DNA of 63,927 nucleotides, counting the filler, from Octopus bimaculoides (taxonomy: Eukaryota): the NCBI RefSeq assembly GCF_001194135.2. It is 5 parts of 5 records of this genome, joined end to end, with 100 filler letters (N's around TTAATTAATTAA, not from the genome) between each part and the next. Parts side by side here need not be neighbours in the genome. Positions count along the whole stretch, not along the records: positions 25,016 to 46,170 come from NC_068995.1; 4 more parts are not named here. The stretch is one strand, 5' to 3'. The notes beneath the pieces are model-generated. The model did no database searches. It saw only the letters and a list, made by a program, of their open reading frames with translations, and had not been told where the DNA came from. A program made the translations under genes and the position numbers. Below, piece after piece: positions 25,359 to 39,665 of this stretch. Position 1 is the first letter of the stretch, and each line of letters begins with the position of its first letter.

Positions 25359-28221
25359 TCATTCTTTCTTTCTTTCTTTCTTTTTGTTTTTTCTCCTTCT
25401 CCCTCTGTCAACAACATAAACAAACGCCACCACATTCACCGCCGCCATTACTTCAAGTAAACATCTGAATACATACTGTCGTAACTGTGTGTGTGTATGT
25501 ATGTGTATGTACATATATATGTATATATATACATGTGTGTATGTATATATATATTTATATNNNNNNNNNNNNNNNNNNNNNNNNNNNNNNNNNNNNNNNN
25601 NNNNNNNNNNNNNNNNNNNNNNNNNNNNNNNNNNNNNNNNNNNNNNNNNNNNNNNNNNNNNNNNNNNNNNNNNNNNNNNNNNNNNNNNNNNNNNNNNNNN
25701 NNNNNNNNNNNNNNNNNNNNNNNNNNNNNNNNNNNNNNNNNNNNNNNNNNNNNTATATATATATATATATGAATATATATATATACACGTCTATATATCC
25801 GCCCTCTCAAATCTCAGCGCCACCACCATTACCGCTCCCACCAACAACATCACCACTACCACCACACCATTACCACCACCACCACCGCTCCTTTCAATAA
25901 CGCAGTAGCGTGCATCACCTGACAAATTTCGCTGATGGCCGACACGAAATTACACTCAAGGAAATTGTCTCTTGTCATTTTAACGTTGCAATTTCATACG
26001 GATATCGGTGCAATGCGAGTGTCTGCGTATTTGTAAGAAAACATGTGAGTGTGGGTACTGATGTCTGTCTGAATGTTTATGCATATGTGCGTTAGTGTGT
26101 GGGTGAAGGTCAAAGGGGTGTCATGTGTATGTGATTTGTGGAAGAGACTAAGCTGAGAGGAAGGGGGTGAAAGGAGACGAGAGGGTTTTAAAAATATTTT
26201 GGGCCACGTCCAAACCACAGTTCACAATTGTTGGCAACCATGTTGAAATTGGTTTCTGGTTGAAGTCTTTTTGCTTCTGCTAATCGCAAATCGTAATAAT
26301 TTCATTAAGATTTTCCACTTATATTCTTCCATTCCATCCTTGCTTCATTCACAATGTGTTCCTTTTCTCTCTTTCTCTCTCTCTCTCTCCCTCTCTCACT
26401 GTCTTCTCTTTCCTCTCACATTTTTCTCTTTCTCCCCCCCTCTCTTTCTCCTCCCCTCTCTTTCTCACTATTTCTCTCTGTTGCGCTCCTTAAATACATG
26501 CACATATATATATATATATATCATAGATATATAATATATATAGCTACTATATATATTATATATGTTATATGTATTATATAAATATATATATATATATATA
26601 TAATGCGCGCGTGTGTGTGTGTTTTCCACTCTTTCTCTCTTCCTTTTTCTGCCATATGGTTTCCTAGCAACAATCATTTCTTACTCTCTTCCACAGCGCT
26701 GCCAATGTGTATATAATAATGACGTAGGCACCGTAGTACCCCCTTTATATACTGACAAATTATACACTATCTAGCGGTACCTGTTTCTAACTAGATGATC
26801 TCTGTAGTACCCTGTAGATTCTATTGACAGTCACACAAACTAAATATTTCTCTGTGTTATCTGTATATATTTGTATATATGATACATCATTCCATGATCC
26901 CTATTTTCTGCTCAGTATACTCTACACAAATGCAAACTACTATAAAATCGTTTCACTTAGCCTTAGAAATTCCTCGGAGCTAGCTTTATTATGTAACATT
27001 CTGCAGTTCCTGTTCAATGTTTGAATGCCCGTATGATGGTAAGTTGTACCTATTAAGGGATCAGTTGGTCCCTAATTATAGGAAAATAAGTCATAATCTA
27101 CTCAATCGTACTTAAATCTTATGAACTATATACAACCTTATAGCGCTTATTTATAGAGAAGCGAACTCGGTTGATTTGGATTTAAGTAATTTCGTCACCG
27201 TTATTCCGTAATTACGGGGTTAAGCTAAGGTATGAACCAGCCACCTCTTGGCTTGTTGAGTGGTGCTTTACTGACTCAGCTACTCATGATTTCGATGTGA
27301 TAAACAGAGCCAGTAATTGGATTCCAAGTGCCACACAAGTGCGACTACTGTTATCACATCCGGAGACACGCAACTCTTCCTATGTCATATACGAATATAT
27401 TAAGAGGCAGATATTTCTGGCTAAATATCAACAACATTTGATTCGGAGCCAGCTTTATCTGTGCCTTCTTCCAACGACATCGGAATAAAGAGAGATCGTC
27501 CGAAGTTTTAAATAAACGGCAAAGCGATAGATTCAGATAACGAGAGAAAATGTCTGAGATAAGCCGTTACCAAAACATCCCAATCGGTCAGCTAATTCTG
27601 GAAATAATCTCATTTACATCCATTTTAGAATGGCGACGAATTCCTTGTCAGTTTCTTGCAAAACGCGCATAGTATTGAAATACGCATGCGCTAGTTAAAA
27701 TATGGAAATCAAAATTACATTCTGTTTCCTCTGGATTTTTTCCGTTTATTTTATATTTGTTGGCCTGCAGCTTGACTTGCATTTTTCAGTTTTCCAGCAA
27801 TGGAGTTGGGTAGGATGCTTTGGAAGCGTTAATCTTGTTTGAAATGTCACCATAATGAGACTACTATAACAGATGACATTTTCTTTTTCCTTACAATTTT
27901 TAACTCGCCATTAAGACTTTAATATTTGGTTATACACAAACTAACACGGATTTCTATATAGATAGGTATCTTTCTTTCTAAGCATGTTATCTACGTATAT
28001 ACTCTTTTACTGTTTTACCTTTTATGACAGTCATTTCACTGCGGCCATGCTTTGGTTTTAAAACCTCGTACTTGACAACCGGCGTGGGTTTGCTCGTGAC
28101 TAAGCGGATGGACGAAAGAGTTCGATAGAATAAGTACGAGCTTTAAGAAAGACACTTACTAGGGTCGATTCATTTGACTAAAATTTCTTGTAAAAGCGGT
28201 ACCTCAGAATGACCGCAGTCC

Positions 28222-28315
28222 AATGACTTGGGCAAATGTCTTCTACTATAGCCTCGGGCCGACCAAAGCCTTGTGAGTGGATTTGGTAGACGGAAACTGA
28301 AAGAAGCCTATTGTG

Positions 28316-28349
<34 letters not shown>

Positions 28350-28564
28350 AGTGTTTGTGTGTCTGTGTTTGTCCCCCTAACATCGCTTTACAACCGATGG
28401 TGGTGTGTTTACGTCCCCGTAACTTAGCGGTTCGGCAAAATAGACCGATAGAATAAGTACTAGGCTTCCAAAGAATAAGTCCTGGGGTCGATTTGCTCGA
28501 CTAAAGGCGGCGCTCCAGCATGGCCGCAGTCAAATGACTGAAACAAGTAAAAGAGTAAAAGAGT
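28222..28564 (+). mobile_element. Octopus-type tRNA-SINE (family A), head truncated
   Basis: CTTGGGCAAATGTCTTCTACTATAGCCTCGGGCCGACCAAAGCC..GAATAAGTCCTGGGGTCGATTTGCTCGAC..GAGTAAAAGAGTA tail; homologous to 32438-32915 and 55017-55438. Confidence 0.9.
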
Positions 28565-28694
28565 ACTATAAATAACTTCTAATCTTTGTGTGTGTATGAA
28601 TATGTTATACTATTTTATCCTCTGAAGTCATAAGCACTGTGGTGTGTATGATGTCTATACATGCAGAAACCTGTATTCACAATTGTTCTCGTAC

Positions 28695-28869
28695 CTTCAG
28701 ACAACCAAACGATTATCTCCTTAATAGCTTGTGAAATTCGAAGAACTATTGATGTTGTTAGATTATCGCCCTTTCTAACTTGCAGTAGACTGCAATTATC
28801 ACAAAGCATTAGTTTAGTATTCTCTCGAAAGAAAGTTAATATTAGTAAAACAAGAACTGAAATTTGCAT
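28695..28869 (-). CDS. Candidate upstream (possibly first) coding exon of the mucin-like gene: signal-peptide-like start plus CUB-like segment
   Basis: MQISVLVLLILTFFRENTKLMLCDNCSLLQVRKGDNLTTSIVLRISQAIKEIIVWLSE; donor GAAG|GTACGA is phase 1, compatible with the 19905 acceptor. The link crosses an artificial scaffold join, and the 5' boundary is uncertain. Confidence 0.4.
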
Positions 28870-29575
28870 GCCATTCGCCAAAGATTTACTTGTGTTCATA
28901 TGTATATATTTATGTGTTTGTGTGGTTTACATATCAACGGATAGACAGACAGAGAAATAGAGATAAATAGATAGGCATGTATTTGCATTAATAAATAATT
29001 AGATAGATAAATAGGTAGATAGATAAACACATACATAACTAGATAGATAGATAGATAGATACATAGATAGATATATAGATAAATAGGTAGATATTTAGAA
29101 ATATACATTGATTATTTGATTGATGGCTAGATATATTGGCTCAGTGATCGATTAATTGGTTGATTGATCTTTGATAGATAAATAAAAGTGTTTTTAATTA
29201 ATTATGAATACATAGAACGATAGGCGGAGAATAGAGAGTTATTGGCATAATTTAACATAATCATACTTAAAATTAGCAACACTTACATATTGAGATGCAG
29301 ACATACATATACTCATAGACGCACGCACGCACGCACACACACTCACATTCACATAATCACACACACACCCACACATACACACACACAAGCATTTAAACAT
29401 GCATGTGTAGGTCTCTGTGAATGTGAAAACTTGCGAGTGAAGTTTTAGGTTTCTATATATTATTATGTGAGTATATGTGTATGTGTGTGTTTGCGTGTGT
29501 TAAGACACACATGCCTTACACACAGAACTACACACACACACATCTATCTCTCACTCTGTCTCGTTATATATATAC

Positions 29576-29616
<41 letters not shown>

Positions 29617-30166
29617 CACATATATATAATATATATATATATACATATATATATACATATGTATACATATAAAGATATATATTTATATACATGTACGTAT
29701 ATATATATATGTGTGTGCATGTGTGTGTGCATCTAAATATATATATATCCATGTATGTGTACGTACTGGAATGAGAGAGGGCATAGATAATAAGAGTATG
29801 GTGGTGGTGATAGTAGTAGGTGGTGGCGGCGGCGGTGACGGATTATCGATAAAACACCAATTACATTTTACAAATATTCAACGTTTATATTTACGTCTTC
29901 AACAAAATGATTTCCCTGAGTGTATACAATATTATATACATACAACCCGCCACCCACTAATATATATATATATATATATATATNNNNNNNNNNNNNNNNN
30001 NNNNNNNNNNNNNNNNNNNNNNNNNNNNNNNNNNNNNNNNNNNNNNNNNNNNNNNNNNNNNNNNNNNNNNNNNNNNNNNNNNNNNNNNNNNNNNNNNNNN
30101 NNNNNNNNNNTATTTACATACATATATATGTACACATACATTTATATTTACATACATACATACATA

Positions 30167-30205
<39 letters not shown>

Positions 30206-30749
30206 GTATATATATATATATTTGTATGTATGTATATGTTCAAACACACCCCATATATAAATATATGTGGTGTAGACTTCCTTTTGTGTTCTTGACTTTT
30301 GTATACGCATTTCTTCATTGTCATACAAATTTACACATGAATATGTATCACCATATTACGATTTATACTTGTGTACGGACAACATAAATATAATACTATA
30401 CGTGTATGAGTGTGAATGTGATTGTGTATGCGTAGCTTATTTCATATACATATAAATATATATTTACATACACGCGCGCGCGCATACACACATGCATAGA
30501 TACATATATACTGGTACATATTCATAAGCACATGCACACACACAAACACACACACATGTATTTATATATATATACATATAAATGTGCTTGTATATATAAA
30601 TATATATGTATACATATATGTACGTGTGTGTATGTATTCAAATATACACACACACACACATACACAATCACAAGTGTATGATGTGAGTGTATATAAATGG
30701 ATATGTTAACTTTTTCTTTCATAAATATATCTGAACGTATATATATTTG

Positions 30750-31720
30750 TAGAGACGCACATGCATACATAGTACATACATACATTACATACATACATAC
30801 ATACATACAGATATACCTACATTACATACAAACATATATATATATATATATATACATTACATACGTACATGCGTTCACATTACACACAACCATACATAGA
30901 TACATTCATACATTACGTACAAACATACATATATGCATACATACGTACGTCCGTACATCCATCCATCCATCCATGCATACATACATACATACATACATNN
31001 NNNNNNNNNNNNNNNNNNNNNNNNNNNNNNNNNNNNNNNNNNNNNNNNNNNNNNNNNNNNNNNNNNNNNNNNNNNNNNNNNNNNNNNNNNNNNNNNNNNN
31101 NNNNNNNNNNNNNNNNNNNNNNNNNNNNNNNNNNNNNNNNNNNNNNNNNNNNNNNNNNNNNNNNNNNNNNNNNNNNNNNNNNNNNNNNNNNNNNNNNNNN
31201 NNNNNNNNNNNNNNNNNNNNNNNNNNNNNNNNNNNNNNNNNNNNNNNNNNNNNNNNNNNNNNNNNNNNNNNNNNNNNNNNNNNNNNNNNNNNNNNNNNNN
31301 NNNNNNNNNNNNNNNNNNNNNNNNNNNNNNNNNNNNNNNNNNNNNNNNNNNNNNNNNNNNNNNNNNNNCATACATACATACTTCATACATACATACATAC
31401 ATACATCCATCCATCCATCCATCCATACATGCATACATGCATACATACTTCATACATACATACATACATACATGCATACATACATACATACATACATGCA
31501 TACATACATCCATCCATCCATACATACATACATACATGCATACATACTTCATACATACATACATCCATCCATCCATCCATACATACATACATGCATACAT
31601 ACATGCATACATACTTCATACATACATACATACATACATCCATACATCCATACATACATACATACATGCATACATACATACATACATACATACATGCATA
31701 CATACTTCATACATACGTAC
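30750..31720. repeat. Large (CATA)n/(CATC)n tetranucleotide microsatellite with internal gap
   Basis: Directly visible. Confidence 0.95.
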
Positions 31721-32248
31721 AGCCACCCACACCGAAAACACGCGACTTCGCACCAGACTCTAATAGAAATCGCCAATATTTATTTCTGCAGTGAACCAAA
31801 CTGTCAGTTTCGTTGACGGTGGTATCCTCTCTTATTGAAATGAAATCCCCTGTCATGTTGTTTGGCAGACTGAGAAAACGTGTCTAACACCAAAAACTAT
31901 CACAAAGGCAAAACGCTAAGTTACGAACGGACGCCTCTTCTTCGTGTCCACTCCCTAAACTTATATCATTTGGATAAATAGCTTGACAGTTGTTTTACCG
32001 TCGTCAACCCGGGTGACATTTGTTCAGTTTTCCTTCTTCTAACGTCACATCTTAAACTATTTTTAAGTAATTTCTCATCATTTTAGCTTTCATAGGTGAG
32101 ACAAGGTGTCGCTGGACTACGTTGACCTACCTAGATATTCTTTTCCTGTCGGTCTGTTTGTCTTTCTCGCTCCTTTGTCTGTCTGGCTATCAGTCTGTCT
32201 CTCTGTCTGCATCCATTTATGTATGTACCTATATACGTATATATGTAC

Positions 32249-32294
<46 letters not shown>

Positions 32295-32437
32295 GTCTGT
32301 CTGTCTGTCTGTTTGTCTGCCTGTCTGTCTGTCTGTCTGTCTATTATTCTCTCTCTCTATGTGTATACATAATTGTCTATATTGATTTAAAATTAAGGCA
32401 AAATATGATAATTCTAGAGAAATGGTAATGAGAAGCT

Positions 32438-32640
32438 ATTCTTTTATTCTTTTATTCTTTTGTTCTTTTGTTCGGTTCAATCATTTGACTGTGGCCGTGC
32501 TGGAGCACTGCCATAAAAAGTTTTAGCTTAGCAAATCGACCCCAGGACTTATTCTTTGTAAGCTTAGTACTTATTTTATCGGTCTTATTTGCCAAACAGC
32601 CAAGTTACTGGCATCGGTTTTCAAGCAATGGCAGGGGAAC

Positions 32641-32675
<35 letters not shown>

Positions 32676-32915
32676 CATACACATGCACACACGCACATAC
32701 ACGCATACACACACACACACACACGCACACACACATATTTATGTGTGTCTGTGTTTGTTCCCCGCCATCGCTTATATATATATACAACGGGCTTCTTTCA
32801 GTTTCTGTCTACCAAATCCTCTCGCAAGGTTTGGTCGACCCGAGGCTATAGTAGAAGACACTTGCCCAAGGTGCAACGCAGTAGGCCTGAACCAAGAACC
32901 GTGTTGCTTGTTTAA
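32438..32915 (-). mobile_element. Octopus-type tRNA-SINE (family A) with internal microsatellite expansion
   Basis: Reverse complement of the family A body and tail. Confidence 0.88.
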
Positions 32916-33794
32916 GCAATTTTATTAAAAATTTTGGCGTGTTCAGAATAAAAAAAGAGATATTTTAAAATGTATTATCTAAATTCAGTCTGTAAGTTGA
33001 ACAATGAAAATGTGCAAGACTTTTCCTAACTTCAGTTCCTCCATTTATTGCAGTTCATATCGATATGTGTGTTTATGAAACTGTGAAGGCATATAGCTTT
33101 GTGGTTAAGAATGTTCCATTCGCAATCATAACATTGTATGTTCAATTCTTAAATCACGTAAAACTGTTGTATCTTCTAAGAAGTTATTTCAATTGAAGTT
33201 GCTTTTGTTCACTCACGTACAAATGATTACCAGCCCCGTACTAGTGCAGTTCCCTGTGCTGCGAGTTCAAATTGTCAGAGAATTTAGAGAGACTCTACGT
33301 TCACGACTCTTAAATCAGTGGAAACATCGATGATATTACCAAGAATTTTGTGTAGGCTTCTGACGGTTGTTTTTTTTTTTTCTTTTACAAAACACTGGAA
33401 AATGGTGTCTCTATGTTTAACCCTTGTCATATTCTCAAGAACTCAAGGTTATTTTTTGGAACATATTCCTTTAGGGCTGTTCAAATTTTTGTTAATGCAA
33501 TATTTTTCTTTCTGTTTACTACAAACCAATGAAGATCCAGCAGACTTATGATCGAGAATATTCTAACTATGGCCATCACTCATTCTTAAAGATAATCGCG
33601 ACTAAAATTAACGTAGTTTATAGTTTAAAACGGCTACACGCTCAAACAGCCACGATGTGCAACGCCATTGTCATGTCGTTGTGGTTGGCTATGCTGCTGA
33701 TGATGGGGATCATGGTGATGATGGAGATGATGACGGTAGTGATTGTTGTCATGGTGGTACTGTTTTTTTTGTTTGTTTGTTTGTATTAATGTAA

Positions 33795-34226
33795 TTGATT
33801 TTGCTGATGACGACTACGACGACGACGACGACGTCTATGACGGGGATGATTATAGTTATAGAGAGAGAGAGGTTTGATTATAGTAGTAAAGATTGTAATG
33901 ATGTATGATTGCTGACGACGATGATGATGGTGGTGTTTCTGTGTTTTTGTTGTTATTGTATTTTGTTGATGTTGGTGTTGTTGTTTTTTGATGTTTTTAT
34001 TGTAGTTGTTGATGATGGTGATGGTGATGGGGAAAGGATGGTGTGTAGTTGTTGATGCTGTGGTTGCTTTCATCGTCGTTGTCGCCGTTGTCGTCATCAT
34101 CATCATCATCGTCATCATCATCATCATCGTCATCATCATCATCATCGTCATTCATCATCGTCATCGTCGTCATCATCATCATCGTCGTCGTTGTTGTTGT
34201 GGTGGTGGTTGTTGTTGTTGTGGTTT

Positions 34227-34263
<37 letters not shown>

Positions 34264-34305
34264 AGTAGTAGTTTTTGTTGTTGTTGTTGTTGTTGTTGTT
34301 GCTAT
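33795..34305. repeat. Compound trinucleotide low-complexity region (GAC/GAT/CAT/GTT)
   Basis: Directly visible; source of the poly-T/V/S/C ORFs. Confidence 0.9.
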
Positions 34306-34436
34306 ATACCTCAATAATAGATTTGTTTGTGTTGTAATTTCGGATTATAAAACTTTGAAGTATTTCTCTATGAAGTTACACTTTCAGAGTCTCGAAATCC
34401 ATTATGATTCACACAATCACACACAAATACACGCAA

Positions 34437-34478
<42 letters not shown>

Positions 34479-35560
34479 ACACGCACGCACACACACATAT
34501 ATATATATATGTATATATAATTCAGTGTAAGCTTTTATGTTTCACACACACCCGTACATATACAGTCATACACAATTATATGTGTATAATCTGTTGCGTA
34601 TGCGAGTCTGTGTATGTGTGCGTAAGTCGATACGTGTATGTATGACTGAGAGTGTGTGAGTGCTTACATACGCAATTTTTAAGCCAGTTTCCTTTTTTCT
34701 TTAAAGCAAGTTGTACAAGTTCGATAGACACGGAAATAAGTTTTATGTAATATTTCATGTTGCAAAGATCAATAACAAAACAGAGAAATCAATGTCTTTG
34801 TGCCTTTCCATACATACAACTAAATCTTCTTGTAACGGCTGGATTTGGTGGCAAATCTCAACATTTTAGTTAAATATTTATGAGAGAGAATCTTCGAGAA
34901 GGCAGCAATTCTAATGAAATCTTCTCCAGTCCAACACACTTTAGAGACACTCATGTGTTGTGTCTTCTCTTATTGCCTTGTTTTTATTCTTCCTTTTACA
35001 AGCTAAACCATTGGATTTCTGAAAAGTTCTGCATCTAAAGAGATGTTTGACTGTTTCGAAAGTCTATGGATTTTTAAAGTCTTATCCTTTATCAAGTTAT
35101 CGTTCATGAAACTTGTGTATGCATAAAAGCGCATGCACATATATACATACGTACAGATGCATGTATGACTACATGCATGCATGTTTGTATGTATATATCC
35201 ATGTATGTATATATACATGTATGTATATATGTATGAATGTATGTATGTATATGTATGTGGTTATGTGTGCGTGGGTTTGCGTGTGAATGTGTGGGTGTTC
35301 GGTACATATGTGAGGTATCTTGTGTGTACGCTTAAAGGTTATTTGGGTATACAAAATATCATGTAAGAATATATGTGCATACTCACACAGACATACAGAC
35401 ACACATGTAGGCAGGGATATACAACACATATACAAAGACAAGTATGCATATTCAAATAAATACACACACAAATATAACTTTTATACTCGCAAATTGTTTC
35501 CTTATGCAAAGAAGAAAATAGAACTCAAAAGATAGGTATATATATATACGTAGGTATACA

Positions 35561-35592
<32 letters not shown>

Positions 35593-35624
35593 CATATATA
35601 TATATATAGATAATATTAGAGGTA

Positions 35625-35912
35625 TAGAAAAAATAGCAAAGTGCCAGTGCTAGAACCTAGACATTGATTTACAAAGATTATAGAAGGTTCGGGTAAAATG
35701 TATCCCAGCAATTATATGTATATTAGGAACTATCCCTAAAGGTTTGAACAGAACATAGAGGAAATAGGCCTAAAACGAAGTTTAGTACAGCTGCAGAAAT
35801 TAGGGACAGCTAGGACACTTAGGAGGGTTCTTTGCATCTTAAGGTTACTTGTAGCCGGATGTTAGGAATTTGTCTTTCCAAACAATTTGATCTGCTGTGT
35901 TTATATGAATCA
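35625..35912 (+). mobile_element. 3' end of an R4/Dong-like non-LTR retrotransposon followed by (AAT)n
   Basis: KCIPAIICILGTIPKGL..EEIGL..VQLQKLGTARTLRRVL C-terminal motif (with frameshifts); (AAT)n follows at 35915-36000. Confidence 0.75.
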
Positions 35913-35914
35913 TC

Positions 35915-35946
<32 letters not shown>

Positions 35947-35953
35947 CATAATC

Positions 35954-36001
<48 letters not shown>

Positions 36002-36004
36002 GTG

Positions 36005-36478
36005 TTATCATGTACATTGTTGTTTTGTCTTGGTATAAAAAGATGGGCTACAGCAAATATTCCGCTCTATACCACAGATTTGCTTGTCAGTTGTTTGACC
36101 TTAACCAGTTGAGCATGTCCCTTGGTGGCTGACGATATGTACATCTCTGATCCTGAGCAGAAGTAGTGGGGGAGCATCATAGCCATGTGTTGAGAGGAAT
36201 TCTTTGGGGTTTGGATAATTCACGTTTGGAAACATGGGTGTTTTGCTCAACATCCTTAAACAAACCTTATTCAGGGACCTTTTGAGCGGGTTGGGCTACT
36301 CGACCTGAAGAAAATTGTAACTGGGTCCCACCTGCGAGGTCATGCGCTGTTTATGTTGATATGAGATCACCATGACACGCACATATGGTTGTGATGCATG
36401 TGCCTAGTGTATCCTTACAGACGGGTAGTCATGATGGGTATATTGAGCTTCGTATATTTTAACCCCAGTGTCACTTTG
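36005..36478. mobile_element. Unclassified interspersed repeat fragment
   Basis: Complex, more GC-rich block between microsatellites and SINEs with no coding potential. It resembles abundant Octopus repeats from memory only. Confidence 0.35.
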
Positions 36479-36479
36479 A

Positions 36480-36745
36480 TGGCATGCCCTGCTCTCTCAC
36501 TCAATAATGATAATAAAATATTCCCTGATGCAGTACGAGGCAGTGGCTCTCATGGTTTCTCATCTAATAATAGTTGGGGACGGGATGAGTCGATTACATC
36601 GACCTCACTACTTATCTTATCGACCCCGAAAGGATGACAAGCAAAGTAAACATCGGTGGAATTTGAACTCGGAACTCAAAACCGGATGAAATACCACTAA
36701 GCATTTTGCCCCACATGCTAATGTTATTGCCAGCTCATTACCTTA
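36480..36745 (-). mobile_element. Octopus-type SINE (family B)
   Basis: Reverse complement of AAAATGCTTAG..GAGTTCAAATTCC..GA.TTTGC.T.TCATCCTTTCGGGGTCGATAA core shared with the 44.5-45.4 kb and 48.0-48.8 kb copies. Confidence 0.8.
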
Positions 36746-36789
<44 letters not shown>

Positions 36790-36797
36790 AAGAAAAA

Positions 36798-36865
<68 letters not shown>

Positions 36866-37060
36866 AGTGTTTCTCTCGGCTATTCGATAGCATTCCATCT
36901 TCCTGTTAAAAGTTACCGTCTACAAGAGTAAACTAAATTTCGCGTTCTGACATGCGCGAAACTATGATTAATGACAGCGGAAGTCAGTGGACATCATTCA
37001 TTCTAGCTTTCAGCAACTAACTCTCCGTCACCCCCTCTCTCACTCTCTCCCCTCACCTTG

Positions 37061-37096
<36 letters not shown>

Positions 37097-37536
37097 CCTA
37101 TCTATCTATGTATCTATCTATCTAGCTAGCTAGCTAGCTAGCTAGCTACCTATCTATATTTCTATCTGTCTGAATGTCTGTCTGTCTCTCTCTTTCCCTC
37201 TCTCTCTTTCTCTCTCTCTCTGGATATATATATATATACATATATATTTATATCGCATTGTGTGCGCGCGCTTATGTGTCTGTGTATTATATACATACAT
37301 ATATATATATATATACATATATATTTATATCGCATTGTGTNNNNNNNNNNNNNNNNNNNNNNNNNNNNNNNNNNNNNNNNNNNNNNNNNNNNNNNNNNNN
37401 NNNNNNNNNNNNNNNNNNNNNNNNNNNNNNNNNNNNNNNNNNNNNNNNNNNNNNNNNNNNNNNNNNNNNNNNNNNNNNNNNNNNNNNNNNNNNNNNNNNN
37501 NNNNNNNNNNNNNNNNNNNNNNNNNNNNNNNNNNNN

Positions 37537-37581
<45 letters not shown>

Positions 37582-38630
37582 TTGTTGTTGTTGTTATCCT
37601 TGCTGCTCTTTACCTTTTCTCTAGTGAGGTTGCAGTCGTTTTTTTTTTCTTTCTGTTGTCGTTTGTAGTTTTCTCGCTGTCATGGTCGATGTTCCCGTTT
37701 TATTGGTTAATGCAGTTGTTATTGTTATGGTCGTCGTTCTTTTTTTTTCTTTTTTTTTTTTTGACCATTTGACATGAAGCTGCCTTTAACCACTTAAGGA
37801 AAAACCAACGTGAGTAACGCTAGATAAAAACTGACGCGAACCCATCAACCCTCGGAACCCATTCTCTTTTGTTCCATACACACGGCGCACAAGGTCACGT
37901 TGAACATCTTATAGCTCGAAATTTACACAGTGCATAGTTCAATATATCACCCCCTCTGAGTGCCACTGTCACCCGTTGCGGGCTTTTGCTTAGACGAACC
38001 CAAGTCTTTCATCAACCTACCCATTTACCTACTGACATTATTTTTACCTAACTTACACTGTAATTTCTACATTACACACGATTGCCCTCTAACATAATTA
38101 CCACTACTGCATCAACCACCACACAGACCACTGTTACCATCATCACGACAAACGTCACTCACACAACCGATGTTACCATTAGCGTCGGCATCACACTCAC
38201 CACAAAAGTAGTCTATTAGGAATGAAAACCTGATGACCACTCCACTTCATCTTTATCGACGTTAAGATATACGGATGATAAAATGCAACGCCTGCTGACC
38301 TTTCTCCCTTTCGTCTTTTGCATATTCTTGAAACCTTTAACCTTTCCTACCAAAAACTTAACAGACATAAAATATTAATATAAATAAAATATCAAAGAAA
38401 AAACAAACAGTCAAAACAAAACACGTCCGACACGAGGCGAGCGAAGGTTTCGAAACAAGAGGCAAGAATTGAAGCCCGCTGCAAACGGTCAATGTGAAGT
38501 ACTTAAGTGTGTTGGTCAGATAATGAATGATACCCTAATGATCGCTGGACAACAACAATAGATTAAGGAGCATTTACGGGGAAGCAACATTTGCTTAGCT
38601 TTTCGTTGTTGCTGTTGTAGTTGCTTCTGC

Positions 38631-38667
<37 letters not shown>

Positions 38668-38939
38668 GTTGTTGTTGTTGCTGTTGTTAGTGGCAAATTT
38701 ACGTTTTTAGCAAGTATTTTGAATTCTTTTGTTGTTGCTTTTTGCTTTATCTTTTTTTGCTGTTGTTTTTAATTATGTCCATTCAATTGAAAGCCGTCCA
38801 CTGGTAAATGACCGCAGTTATATCATAGACCTGAATCCATTAAGCTAATTGTCTGTTTCGTACTGACCACATCCACACACGTCGCACCTATTTGTTTGTG
38901 TCTCAGCAGTTGTTATTTTTTTCGTGTTTTCTCTTTCTC

Positions 38940-38988
<49 letters not shown>

Positions 38989-39103
38989 CAGGAAGCATAA
39001 CGATGGAGGTTGCGTGAGACTGGTATGTGCATATGTGTATGTGTTTACTCACGAAAATTACTTAATACAAATTAGTTAAGTTTATATTTTTCGTTGTACC
39101 ACA

Positions 39104-39255
39104 TAGGCGTAGGAGTGGCTGTGTGGTAAGTAGCTTGCTTACCAGCCTCCGGGTTCAGTCCCACTGCGTGGCACCTTGGGCAAGTGTCTTCTGCTATAGC
39201 TTCGGGCCGACCAAAGCCTTGTGAGTGGATTTGGTAGACGGAAACTGAAAGAAGT
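39104..39255 (+). mobile_element. tRNA-SINE family A head
   Basis: GGCGTAGGAGTGGCTGTGTGGTAAG..GGGTTCAGTCCCACTGCGTGGCACCTTGGGCAAGTGTCTT. Confidence 0.9.
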
Positions 39256-39371
39256 ATTACGGGAATTGTTAAAGGAATTGTTACGGAAATTGTTAAAAAA
39301 AAAGAGATCGAAGAGCGAAAATTGTTAGGAAATATCATTTGTGTGATAGAGCGAGCGCGTGTGTGTGTATG

Positions 39372-39665
39372 TCGGTGTGTGTGAATGGTTCAGTAGTTAT
39401 GGTGTTCGGTTTACGATCGTAAGGTGGTGAGTTGTGTCCTTGAGCAAGGCGCTTTATTTCGTGTTGTTCCAGTCCACTTAGCTGGCAAAAGGGAGTTGTA
39501 ATTAAAAGAGCCAGATTTGTCACACGCTGCGCCATGCTGAATTTCCCTAAGAACTACGTTAAATTCTATGGAGTACTAAACAACTTTCACTTTAATTTCA
39601 GGAGCAGGTTGTTCCGTTGATTAGATCAACTGGAACACTCATCGTCGTAATCGACGGAGTGTCCT
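39372..39665 (+). mobile_element. tRNA-SINE family C (tail CCGTTGAT..GATCAACTGGAA..CGTCGTAA.CGACGGAGTG)
   Basis: Decayed A box, GTGTCCTTGAGCAAGGCGCTT core; tail shared with 52870-53065 and 45578-45628 (rc). Confidence 0.8.
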
